From Candidatus Acidiferrum sp. (GTDB lineage: Bacteria; Acidobacteriota; Terriglobia; Acidiferrales; UBA7541), in contig JBGOTL010000001.1 of the NCBI GenBank assembly GCA_041476465.1, forward strand, positions 25,724 to 89,723: DNA of 64,000 nucleotides, read 5' to 3'. Made by a program: the position numbers and the translations under genes. Positions within the stretch are counted from its first letter, which is position 1. The number at the start of each line of letters is the position of its first letter. Below the pieces are notes generated by a model. It made no database searches. It saw only the letters and a program-made list of their open reading frames with translations, and had not been told where the DNA came from. Positions 37,888 to 47,130 of the stretch are shown here, piece by piece.

Positions 37888-38247
37888 TTAAGCATTGACC
37901 TCATGCATTCTCTTGGCGCGTTGGCCTCCAAAAACATGGATGGTGCGCGTTCCGCTGACGCCTTCACCTCCGTGTGTCACGCCTTTGGGAATCAAGAATT
38001 CCTCACCTGCCAACAAACGGAAGCGATCCTCGCCAATGATGACTGTGTATTCTCCTTGCACCACGAGCATGTATTCGTCGTATTCGTGGCGGTGAGTTGT
38101 GCTCGCCCGGTCCTGTGAACATTTCCAAAAACAAGCCTGACTGCCATCCGCTCCGTCGAAAACGTATCCCTCGATGTCTTTCGTGTGTTGCGATTCGCTC
38201 GCAATCTTGTTGATGGGATTTTTCATGAACTCCGGAAAGTCATTCAC
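37888..38247 (-). CDS. Cupin domain protein
   Basis: HRHEYDEYM.V.QGE, IPKGVTH cupin motifs. Confidence 0.85.
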   Translation of the reverse strand: MNDFPEFMKNPINKIASESQHTKDIEGYVFDGADGSQACFWKCSQDRASTTHRHEYDEYMLVVQGEYTVIIGEDRFRLLAGEEFLIPKGVTHGGEGVSGTRTIHVFGGQRAKRMHEVNA

Positions 38248-38265
38248 GTGAACAAGGACCTCCGT

Positions 38266-41200
38266 TCACGCCGCAGAAGCCGCCGCAGCCTGTTGCCTCG
38301 GCGCCGCCGGTTCGGATTCTTCCCAGCGCACGCTCACGAGTTTCGATACGCCCGGCTCCTGCATGGTGACGCCGTAGAGCACGCTGCCCATCTCCATGGT
38401 CTTGCGGTTGTGGGTGACGATGATGAACTGCGTCTGGCTGCTCATCTCGCCAATCAATCGCGTGAAGCGCCCCACGTTCGCTTCGTCCAGCGGCGCGTCC
38501 ACTTCGTCCAGGATACAGAACGGGCTGGGCTGGTAACGGAAGATGGCGATGAGCAGTGCGAGCGCGGTCATGGCCTTTTCTCCGCCGGAGAGCAGCAGAA
38601 TATTCTGCAAGCGCTTGCCCGGAGGCGAAGCTACGACGTCGATGCCGGCGTCGCCGGAGCTGTCCGGCTCGGTCAAGCGCATCTCCGCCATGCCGCCGCC
38701 GAAGATGGTGTGGAAGGCTTCCGAGAAGTTTTTGTTGATGGCGTGGAAGGCCACCTCGAACTTTTCCTTGGTGGCAAGGTCCAGCTCGGCGATGGCCTGC
38801 TGAGTATCCGCGATGGACTGCAGCAGGTCGTCGCGTTCGCGCGTGAGGAATGTAAACCGCTGCTCGCATTCGTTGAACTCTTCGAGAGCCATCATGTTGA
38901 CGGCGCCCATGGATTCAATGCGCTCTTTCATTTCGCGGTAGCCGGCTTCCGCAGCGGCCAATTCATCGCCGGACATGAATGCCGTTTCCGTGGCGATCAA
39001 ATCCTCGGGCTGCGCGTTCACTTCCGCGATGCAAGTTTCCCGGAGGTGCTGCCGGTCTGAGTCGTTGCGCGCGCGGTCCACTTCCACGTGGCCGCGCTGC
39101 TCGCGGAGCTCCTGCAGCGATTGCCGGCCCAGGCGCAGGTGATCTTCCATCTGCGTGACGCGCGTGCGCGCCGCGTCCCATTCCTGTTCCAATTCGCGTT
39201 GCAGCGTTTCCAGGCGGAGTTTCTCCGCGCGGAGGCCTTCGAGTTGCCGCGAGAGTTCCGCGCTCTGTGTAGCCAGCGCGGCAGTCTCTTCCGCGATGGT
39301 GGTTTCCTGTTGGCGCAGCGCGGCTTCGCGGCGCTGCAGCTCGGCGCGCTCTTCCTGCAGCCGCGTGGCCAGCGCTTCGGCGGCTGAGAGACGCTCGTTC
39401 ATGGCCGCCAGCTCGGCGCGTGCGGCGGAGAGTTCCGCCTGCTCGGTTTGCATGGAGCCGCGCAACTGGGTTAGTTCTTCCGTGAGTCGCGCGCTCTCGG
39501 TTTCGGCTTCGGCGCGTGTAGTAGCGGCGGAAGCGTGCTGGTTCCTGGCGCGTTCTGCGCGGAGACGCACGGCTTCAACTTCGCGGCGCACCCGCGTCAA
39601 TTCATTCTGGCAGACGGTCAGTTCGAGGCCCAGCCGCGCGAGTTCACCCTGCATTTGCTCGTGGCGATGTCTGGCGGCGAACAGGTTGCGCTCGGCGTCG
39701 CGCTGTTCAGCGGTGACTTCCACGAGCGATTGTTCCGCGCTGCCCAGATCAGCGGACAGCGCATCGAGCGCCGCTTGTGTCTCGGCCGCACGATGCTCCA
39801 GTTGCATTACTTCAGCGTCCAGCGCGCGCAATTCGCGCTTCATACCGAGAGGGCCCACTTCATCCGGCCGGCCGCCGCTGACCATGCGGCCTTGATAGCA
39901 GGTGCCGTCCGGCGTTACGAAAGCGTACTGGGGATTTTCTCTCGCGAGCTTTTCCGCCGCGGCGATGCTGTCGGTAAGATAAGCGGCGCACAAGCGCGGA
40001 AGGAATTGTTTGGCGGCCGCGCCCAGCGGATCGCGGAATTCCACCAGTTTGTCGAGCCGGGAGATGACGCCGTCTTCGGCGCGGAAGTTGATGATCGGCT
40101 CGTACGCGTCCAGCCGCAGGTCGCGCAGCGAATCGACGAAAAATGTCGCGCGCCCGCCCACTTCATTGCGCAGCATGGAAACGCCCGCACGGGCGTGGTC
40201 GTAGGTCTGCACCACAACGTATTCCAGCTCCTCGCGGAGGTACTGCTCGATGGCGGCTTCATGCTGCTCTTCGACTTCCGCGTAATCGGCAAGCACGCCG
40301 ACGGCGTGGAAGCCTCTCCCACCGCTGCGTTCGTTGGCGGCGAAAAGCTTCTGCACCGCGTCCGTGGTGTACGAGCGGTCTTTCAGGATTTGCGTCAAAG
40401 TGGAATGGCGGGCGCGGACGCTCGCCAGGGAGTCGCGCAGGGAATCGGATTCTTTCGAGGCAGCTTCGCGCTTCTGGCGTAGCTCCGCGATTTGCGCCTG
40501 AAACTCCGCGGCTTTTCGATTCAGCGCGCCGAGCTGCCCGGTAGCGGCTTGCCACTCTTGGGCAGCGCGTTCGGCGTCCTCACGGATACGAATGGAAGAT
40601 TCCAGAAGCCCCATCTCGCCAGCTTCGAGTTTCCGCAGCGCTTCCCCTTGATGGACTAGCGCTTCTTCGGCCTGCTTTTGCTCGCCGTGGAGTCGCAGCA
40701 GGCTTTCCCCGGCTTCCGAAGCCGAGCGCCGCAATGTTTCAACGCGCATTTCGGAGTTGGAAATCTGTGCCACGCGGGATGCGGCTCGCTCGGTGAGTTC
40801 TTCCACGCACAGGGTGAGAGCACTCGACTCCGCTTGCACCGATGCAACTCCCTGTTGCTGCGCGGTGCTCCGTGCATCCCACTCCGCGCCTTGCGCCGTG
40901 GCTTGCGTCATCTCCGCGGTGATCTGGCCATGGCGCGCGGCAAGTTCTTCGCCACGCGTGCGGTTAAAAGCGATGCGGTTCTCGCTGCGATCCACTTCCA
41001 GCGCGGTGTGATTCAGCACGTTTTGATTTTGTCGCAGCTCGGCATCCAGAGCGTAGATGCGCTGATTCAAGCGGTCCTGCTCGCCTTCCTGCTGCTGAAT
41101 GGTTGTCGCGTGCTGTGTTTCCGTCGCCGAAAGCGCTTCCAGGCTCTTGGCCAGACGTTCGGCTTCGGCGTCCAGCTCGCGCGCCTTGCCGGCCAGCATC

Positions 41201-42141
41201 TGCCGGACGATTCCGCGCATCTGCTCGCGCACTTCCGAGTAACGCCGCGCCTTGGCGGCCTGGCGCTTCAACGAGCCGAGCTGCTTTTCCACTTCGACCA
41301 CGATATCGTTCACACGCGAGAGATTCACCTTCGAGGATTCCAGCTTGGCTTCGGCCAGGCGCTTCTTGGTTTTGAACTTGGTGACCCCGGCGGCTTCCTC
41401 GATGATCGCGCGGCGCTCCATGGGCTTGGTGGAAAGGATCATTCCGATGCGGCCCTGCTCGATGATCGCGTAGGAATCGGGGCCCAGGCCCACGCCCATG
41501 AACATTTCCTGGATATCGCGCAAGCGGCCGATGCGGCCATTAATGAGGTATTCGCTTTCGCCGGAACGGTACAGGCGGCGGCTGACGACTACTTCGCCGG
41601 GCTTGGTGACCAGCACTGGCCTGTCCGCGCTCTTTCTGCGGCGCCTGCCCTTGAATCCCAGCTCAGCGGAAGTTTCTACGCCAGCTTCGCTACCCTCGGG
41701 GGCCCCCTCTGCATTTAATGCTGCATTTCTTGCATCGTCGAGCGTGAGAATTTCGTTCTTCACGTTGAACTCTGTGCTCTCTGTGACCGGCGCCTGCCCC
41801 GACTCGGTCGGGGTGTTAAATTCCGGTTCGGTCGCCGCGCTTTCCATCACAAAGCGCGCGGCCTCAGCCAGCTCCGGGTCTTCCATGGTGATGGTGACTT
41901 CTGCCAAGCCCAGCGGCGGGCGCTTCACCGTGCCATTGAAGATGCAGTCGGCCATGCGCTCCGCGCGCAGCGACTTGTGGCTCTGTTCGCCCAGCACCCA
42001 GGAGATGGCGTCCACCACGTTGGACTTGCCGCAGCCGTTGGGCCCGACGATGCAGGTCGTGCCGGAGCCGCTGAAGGTGACCACGGTACGCTCGACAAAC
42101 GACTTAAAACCAAGAATTTCCACTTTTCGCAGCTTAAGCAA
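38266..42141 (-). CDS. smc: Chromosome segregation protein SMC
   Basis: GFKSF, GPNGCGKSN, coiled coils, hinge, LSGGEK, LDEVDAPLD; TTG start 42141 after an AGGGG RBS. Confidence 0.97.
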   Translation of the reverse strand: MLKLRKVEILGFKSFVERTVVTFSGSGTTCIVGPNGCGKSNVVDAISWVLGEQSHKSLRAERMADCIFNGTVKRPPLGLAEVTITMEDPELAEAARFVMESAATEPEFNTPTESGQAPVTESTEFNVKNEILTLDDARNAALNAEGAPEGSEAGVETSAELGFKGRRRRKSADRPVLVTKPGEVVVSRRLYRSGESEYLINGRIGRLRDIQEMFMGVGLGPDSYAIIEQGRIGMILSTKPMERRAIIEEAAGVTKFKTKKRLAEAKLESSKVNLSRVNDIVVEVEKQLGSLKRQAAKARRYSEVREQMRGIVRQMLAGKARELDAEAERLAKSLEALSATETQHATTIQQQEGEQDRLNQRIYALDAELRQNQNVLNHTALEVDRSENRIAFNRTRGEELAARHGQITAEMTQATAQGAEWDARSTAQQQGVASVQAESSALTLCVEELTERAASRVAQISNSEMRVETLRRSASEAGESLLRLHGEQKQAEEALVHQGEALRKLEAGEMGLLESSIRIREDAERAAQEWQAATGQLGALNRKAAEFQAQIAELRQKREAASKESDSLRDSLASVRARHSTLTQILKDRSYTTDAVQKLFAANERSGGRGFHAVGVLADYAEVEEQHEAAIEQYLREELEYVVVQTYDHARAGVSMLRNEVGGRATFFVDSLRDLRLDAYEPIINFRAEDGVISRLDKLVEFRDPLGAAAKQFLPRLCAAYLTDSIAAAEKLARENPQYAFVTPDGTCYQGRMVSGGRPDEVGPLGMKRELRALDAEVMQLEHRAAETQAALDALSADLGSAEQSLVEVTAEQRDAERNLFAARHRHEQMQGELARLGLELTVCQNELTRVRREVEAVRLRAERARNQHASAATTRAEAETESARLTEELTQLRGSMQTEQAELSAARAELAAMNERLSAAEALATRLQEERAELQRREAALRQQETTIAEETAALATQSAELSRQLEGLRAEKLRLETLQRELEQEWDAARTRVTQMEDHLRLGRQSLQELREQRGHVEVDRARNDSDRQHLRETCIAEVNAQPEDLIATETAFMSGDELAAAEAGYREMKERIESMGAVNMMALEEFNECEQRFTFLTRERDDLLQSIADTQQAIAELDLATKEKFEVAFHAINKNFSEAFHTIFGGGMAEMRLTEPDSSGDAGIDVVASPPGKRLQNILLLSGGEKAMTALALLIAIFRYQPSPFCILDEVDAPLDEANVGRFTRLIGEMSSQTQFIIVTHNRKTMEMGSVLYGVTMQEPGVSKLVSVRWEESEPAAPRQQAAAASAA

Positions 42142-42555
42142 GATGTCCCCTTTTTGTCGTCCACTGCGAATGCCAGCCAATCCATGCAGCCGTGGCAAAA
42201 ACACGCGAAGAAAGACGACGTTTCGTTCCTCGAGGGGAGGGACTATCGAGCAACATGTCGACCACTGAACAGTCGACTACGTAAACGTTTGGCAGGTTCT
42301 CAGTCAGAGGCCCAGCCGCCTGGCGCGGCGACCGGTTCACGGTCGCACTTAGGATGGCGGTACGGGAAAGAACACTAACACGAGGTTTTTGTTCTGTAAA
42401 GCCTCACGCCACCAATGGTAGCTCTCCTGCCAACACCACAAGGGAGGGGTACAACACCTCGTTACTTCATTGCTTCGCTGTGCTTTTGTTTCCCCAGTGC
42501 CAATCCAAGCAGACACCCTGCCATCCCCCAGCATCCAAACCGCTTACAATCTGTC

Positions 42556-42584
42556 TTGCCAGGCCGTGATTTATAAGTTACAAT
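42556..42584 (+). promoter_or_regulatory. TA operon promoter, probably leaderless
   Basis: TTGCCA-N17-TACAAT, then 7 nt, then GTG 42592. Confidence 0.6.
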
Positions 42585-42591
42585 GAAAGAC

Positions 42592-42921
42592 GTGATCGAG
42601 GTTCGCCATTACGTCAACCCCGCCGGAAAAGATCTCTTCGACGATTGGTTGACACAACTGGCGGATGCCCGCGCACAGGCGAAAATTGCGAGCCGAATTA
42701 ACCGGATTGCTGCCGGGAACTTTGGCGACTGCAAGCCGTTGCGGCAGGGTTTGTGCGAGCTGCGCGTCGATTGGGGACCGGGCTACAGGGTCTATTACGC
42801 GATGATAGGCAGGGAATGTGTATTGCTTCTCTGCGGCGGCGACAAACGAAAGCAGTCCTCGGATATCGACCGGGCGCTGCAATACCTCAGGGACTACAAA
42901 GAAAGGAGCGGTACCTCATGA
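42592..42921 (+). CDS. Type II TA toxin, RelE/ParE-like addiction module killer protein
   Basis: FDDWL..L.D, GNFGDCK, ELRVDWGPGYRVYY, LLLCGGDK; the ORF track's ATG 42583 overlaps the -10 box, so GTG 42592 is preferred. Confidence 0.9.
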   Translation: MIEVRHYVNPAGKDLFDDWLTQLADARAQAKIASRINRIAAGNFGDCKPLRQGLCELRVDWGPGYRVYYAMIGRECVLLLCGGDKRKQSSDIDRALQYLRDYKERSGTS

Positions 42922-43220
42922 AACGCAAAGCGAGTATCTCCCACGATGAGGCCATCGTTCGGCGGCTCCGGAAGGACCCGGATTTTGCCGCCGAGTACCT
43001 CAAAGCGGCGTTGGAAGATGAGGACGAACCACGCGTTCTGCTTATTGCCCTGCGCCACCTTGCGCAAGCTCAGGGTATCGCCAAAGTCGCCAAGGCCGCC
43101 GGCATTGAGAGAGAAAGTCTTTACCGCGCCTTGTCGGTTCACGGCAATCCTCGCTTGTCCACCTTAGTCGCGGTCACCAAGGCAATTGGGCTGAGACTTA
43201 CCGTCGAGGCCGCTCAATAA
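42918..43220 (+). CDS. Addiction module antidote protein (HTH antitoxin)
   Basis: AAEYLKAALE, VAKAAGIERESLYRALS..GNP.LST; ATGA overlap with the toxin. Confidence 0.9.
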   Translation: MKRKASISHDEAIVRRLRKDPDFAAEYLKAALEDEDEPRVLLIALRHLAQAQGIAKVAKAAGIERESLYRALSVHGNPRLSTLVAVTKAIGLRLTVEAAQ

Positions 43221-43310
43221 TTGCCGGCGCGTCTTGCTCGGTTGAACTCACGATAACGCTCTCGCTCCCTCCGCGCGGCCAAACGCCAATCCTTACTTCA
43301 GTTGATTACT

Positions 43311-45290
43311 TCATGGCTTCGCTTCCTCTGCTTTGTTTCCGGCCTTCTGCAAGTGCTTGTCATACCACGCCAGGATGCGGTTCAGGCGATCGAGGAGGTG
43401 CTTTTCTTCCTGAAAACCATGCTTCTCGCGCGGATACACCACCAATTCCGCTTCCACGCCATAGTGTTTCAGCCCGCGGTAAAGCTCCTGGCTCTGCCCC
43501 AGAGGATCGATGGTGTCGGCATCCCCTTGCAGAATCAGGATGGGCGTTTTCGCGTTTTTCAAATAGAGGAAAGGAGAACTATTCAGAAAGCCTTCGGGCT
43601 TCTCGTAAGGGACGCCGTAAAACCATTCGTCGTACGCCGGGTCGTCCTCGGTGCCGAATTCGGAGATGAGATTGGCCATACCCGCGCCGGAAACCGCGGC
43701 CTTGAATCGCGTTGTCTGGGTAATCGCCCATTCGGACATGTAGCCGCCGTAGGACCAGCCGCCAATGCCGAGTTTCTCAGGATCGGCGATGCCGCGGGCG
43801 ATCAAGTCGTCGATGCCCGCCATGACGTCTTTGAAATCCGCGCCGCCCCAGTCGCCGCGGTTCATCTCCACGAATTTTTCGCCGTAGCCCGTGGAACCGC
43901 GAATGTTCGGATAAAAAACGGCGTACCCTCGCGCAACAAGGAGTTGCCCCCAAGGTTCGATCATATCTTCCCAATTGCCGGTGGGGCCGCCGTGAATCAG
44001 CGCGACAAGCGGCAATTTCGATTTACCGTCGTAGACGGCAGGCTTTAGGAATGCGGCTTCGATTTCGACTCCGTCGAACGATTTGTACTTGTAGTACTCG
44101 GGAGAGCTAAGCGCGAACTCTTTCCAGGCGCTGTTCAAGTGCGTGACTTGCTGCGGTGGAGTCTTCTGATCCCAGATGCGCAGCTCTTGCGGGGTGGTTG
44201 CGGTTTGCCCCGGAAAGGCCACTTCGCCGGAACTTGAAACGGCGAACGCTCCAGGATTTGTCGTGATGGCTACGGCAGGATCTTTTCGAACGCCATCAGC
44301 GGTGAACAGGACAAACTTGTTGCGGAACCCATCGGCGTAGACGGCCAGCAGCGCACCGTCTTTCAGCCATTCAAATTCGGAGATGGGCCGGTCGAGGCTC
44401 CCACCGGTCACGTTGCGTGGTGCGCCGCCGTTGATCGGCAGAAGAAGAACATCGTTCGGTTGCGGGCCGCTTACGCCCACGCCGACATAGCCTATGGTCT
44501 TGCCGTCGGGGGAAACGCGCAGGTGCTCCACATGGCCACTGTTGGGTGAAGCCAGCAGCTTGGTGGTTCCATCGGAGATTTGCAGACTGTAGATACGATG
44601 TTCTTCGCGGTCCGAGCCAGGGTGCTCGGTGGCGTTGAGAATCAGGCGCTCGCCCGAAGCGAGCCAGGCGAGTTCGTAGGCCAGCCAATGGGAGGGAGTC
44701 AGAGCGCGCGTTTCGCCTGTTTTTACATGCAGCAGCCACACGCGATTGCGCTTTTCGTCTTTGTCCGCGACGCGCGCGTCGTCTTTATCTTTCTCTTTTT
44801 TTTCTTCCGCGTCGGTTGGCGCATCCGGCGCTATGAAGGCGATCTGCTGGCCGTCGGGAGACCAGGAGAAACTGTCGATGTCACGCTTGCCTTTGGTGAT
44901 GGCCAGGGCTTCTCCGCCATCCGCGTGCATGAGGTAGATCTGTTTTTGCTCGCCACGATTGGAAAGGAAAGCGAGCTGTTTTCCGTCGGGAGACCAGTGC
45001 GGCAAATTTTCTGATTTTTCGGAATAGGTAAATTGGCGCGCCTCGCCGCTGCTTTTTTCGTAGACCCAGATGTGGCGCGCGCGCTGATCACCCTTGCGCG
45101 GCTCGGCCACCACAAAAACGAGCCGCTTACCATCGGGGGAGAATTCCAGATCGGAAATGGCGCGCAAGTTCAGCGTGGCTTCCGGGGTGAGGAGCTTGGC
45201 TTTCTCGGGGGCGGGTTTATCCTGGGCCGCCAGATTGCTCGAGAAAACGGCCAGGGCTGAGAAGGCTATGATGCGGTGGAAGTGATTCAT
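43311..45290 (-). CDS. S9 family peptidase (prolyl oligopeptidase/acylaminoacyl peptidase)
   Basis: Signal peptide, WD40-like propeller, HGGP, GWSYGG nucleophile, catalytic Asp (GDAD) and His (EKHG). Confidence 0.95.
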   Translation of the reverse strand: MNHFHRIIAFSALAVFSSNLAAQDKPAPEKAKLLTPEATLNLRAISDLEFSPDGKRLVFVVAEPRKGDQRARHIWVYEKSSGEARQFTYSEKSENLPHWSPDGKQLAFLSNRGEQKQIYLMHADGGEALAITKGKRDIDSFSWSPDGQQIAFIAPDAPTDAEEKKEKDKDDARVADKDEKRNRVWLLHVKTGETRALTPSHWLAYELAWLASGERLILNATEHPGSDREEHRIYSLQISDGTTKLLASPNSGHVEHLRVSPDGKTIGYVGVGVSGPQPNDVLLLPINGGAPRNVTGGSLDRPISEFEWLKDGALLAVYADGFRNKFVLFTADGVRKDPAVAITTNPGAFAVSSSGEVAFPGQTATTPQELRIWDQKTPPQQVTHLNSAWKEFALSSPEYYKYKSFDGVEIEAAFLKPAVYDGKSKLPLVALIHGGPTGNWEDMIEPWGQLLVARGYAVFYPNIRGSTGYGEKFVEMNRGDWGGADFKDVMAGIDDLIARGIADPEKLGIGGWSYGGYMSEWAITQTTRFKAAVSGAGMANLISEFGTEDDPAYDEWFYGVPYEKPEGFLNSSPFLYLKNAKTPILILQGDADTIDPLGQSQELYRGLKHYGVEAELVVYPREKHGFQEEKHLLDRLNRILAWYDKHLQKAGNKAEEAKP

Positions 45291-45473
45291 GGATTCCCCC
45301 TGAGGTAAGAACTTAGGACTCTAACCGCGGAGGAGACCAGCGTCAAATGGACCGGAGGGGTGAAATTACGCGGGAGTGCGGAAACCAGGACGCGCTTCCA
45401 CATTGCTAGGACTTTGCAAGCTCGGATACAATCTAGCGTTTACACAAGCGCGGAAAAATGTGCTTGAGGCGCA

Positions 45474-46913
45474 ATGCAAGAAATCAGTTTTCACAATACG
45501 TTGAGTGGGAAGACCGAGCCGTTCGTGCCGCAGAAACCCGGCAAAGTGGCCATGTACACGTGCGGGCCGACGGTATACGACTACGCGCACATCGGCAATT
45601 TCCGCACCTTTGTGTTTCAAGACATTTTGCGGCGCTTTCTGAGGCTGCGCGGCTTCAAGTTGAAACACGTCATGAATCTGACCGACGTGGACGACCGCAT
45701 CATCGCCAATGCGGCGGCGGCGGGCGTGAGCATCCGTGAGTACACGGAGAAATTCGCGCAGGCGTTTTTCGATGATTGCAAGACGCTGAGCATTGAAGCG
45801 CCGGAACATTGGATTCGCGCAACCGATCATATCGGCGATATGGTGAAACTGATTCAGCGCTTGCAGCAGCGCACCTACACGTATCAGAGCGATGGCTCAA
45901 TCTATTACCGTATTTTGAAATTTTCGAAGTACGGAAAACTCTCGAAGATTGACGTGAGCGGGATGCAAGCGGGCGCGCGCGTGGATGTGGACCGCTACGA
46001 AAAAGAGAGCGCGCGGGATTTCGCGTTATGGAAATCGCCAAAGCCGGGCGAGCACTTCTGGGAGACACCGCTCGGGCCGGGGCGCCCGGGCTGGCATATC
46101 GAGTGCTCCGCGATGGCCATGAAGTATCTTGGGGAGACGCTGGACATTCACACCGGCGGCATCGATCTGTCGTTTCCACACCACGAAAACGAAATTGCGC
46201 AGAGCGAAGCCGCGACGGGGAAACCGTTCGCGCGCTACTGGCTGCACGCCGAGCATCTACTGGTCGAAGGCGAGAAGATGTCGAAGTCACTCGGCAATTT
46301 TTTCACGCTGCGCGACCTTTTCGCGAAAGGTTACAAGCCTTCGTCCCTGCGGTTTCTTCTGGCCAGCGTGCCGTACCGCAGACAGCTCAACTTCACATTT
46401 GACGGATTGCAGCAAGCGGCAAGTTCGGTCGAGCGTTTGCGAAACTTTGCGGCGCGGTTGAAACAAGAGAAATTTCCCTCGGGGAAGCAGGCTGGAATGG
46501 CCGCGCGCATCGCATTGGCAGGGGAGGAGTTTGACGCCGGGCTTTCCGACGATTTGAATACAGCACAAGCGCTGGCATCGGCATTTGACCTGGTTCGCGA
46601 AGCGAACATCGCCATGGACAAAGGCGAGTTCCGGCGGGGCGATATACCGGCCGTGGAGGAATTTCTGGCCAGGTTCGAGCGCGTGTTCGCGGTGCTGAAG
46701 GACCACGATGCGGAAAGGCTGCGAGCGCTGGGCTACGGAAGCGCCAGCGACGAATTTGGTGACACGGAAGTTGAAAAACGAGTGGCCGAACGGCAGGCGG
46801 CGCGCCAGCGGCGCGACTTCGCGGCGTCTGACCGCATCCGCAAAGAACTCGCCGACCGTGGTATAATCCTTGAAGATATGAAGGACGGCACCGTCCGCTG
46901 GAAACGCAAATGA
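45474..46913 (+). CDS. cysS: Cysteine--tRNA ligase
   Basis: CGPTVYDYAHIGN, GRPGWHIECS, KMSKS. Confidence 0.98.
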   Translation: MQEISFHNTLSGKTEPFVPQKPGKVAMYTCGPTVYDYAHIGNFRTFVFQDILRRFLRLRGFKLKHVMNLTDVDDRIIANAAAAGVSIREYTEKFAQAFFDDCKTLSIEAPEHWIRATDHIGDMVKLIQRLQQRTYTYQSDGSIYYRILKFSKYGKLSKIDVSGMQAGARVDVDRYEKESARDFALWKSPKPGEHFWETPLGPGRPGWHIECSAMAMKYLGETLDIHTGGIDLSFPHHENEIAQSEAATGKPFARYWLHAEHLLVEGEKMSKSLGNFFTLRDLFAKGYKPSSLRFLLASVPYRRQLNFTFDGLQQAASSVERLRNFAARLKQEKFPSGKQAGMAARIALAGEEFDAGLSDDLNTAQALASAFDLVREANIAMDKGEFRRGDIPAVEEFLARFERVFAVLKDHDAERLRALGYGSASDEFGDTEVEKRVAERQAARQRRDFAASDRIRKELADRGIILEDMKDGTVRWKRK

Positions 46914-47130
46914 AACACCTTCACTTTCTTAAACATGACCGCGTGGCCGTGGGTCCTCGTGTCCCCCGCAAGTTCCGCCCTGCGAATCTGCGTCCCAGCC
47001 TCTACAGCGTAGATTAGATTCGCCGCATCAGCAGTTTATGAATACACTCGCGATCTTCCTGTGGTTGCCTGCTCGGCCCTTTTTCGGCAACAGTTCCAAG
47101 CATCACTCTTAGGATTTTTTTGGAGGAATT

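Noticed and set aside
41605-41880. Intein in SMC
   Set aside because: No N-terminal Cys/Ser block or C-terminal His-Asn; low-complexity composition.
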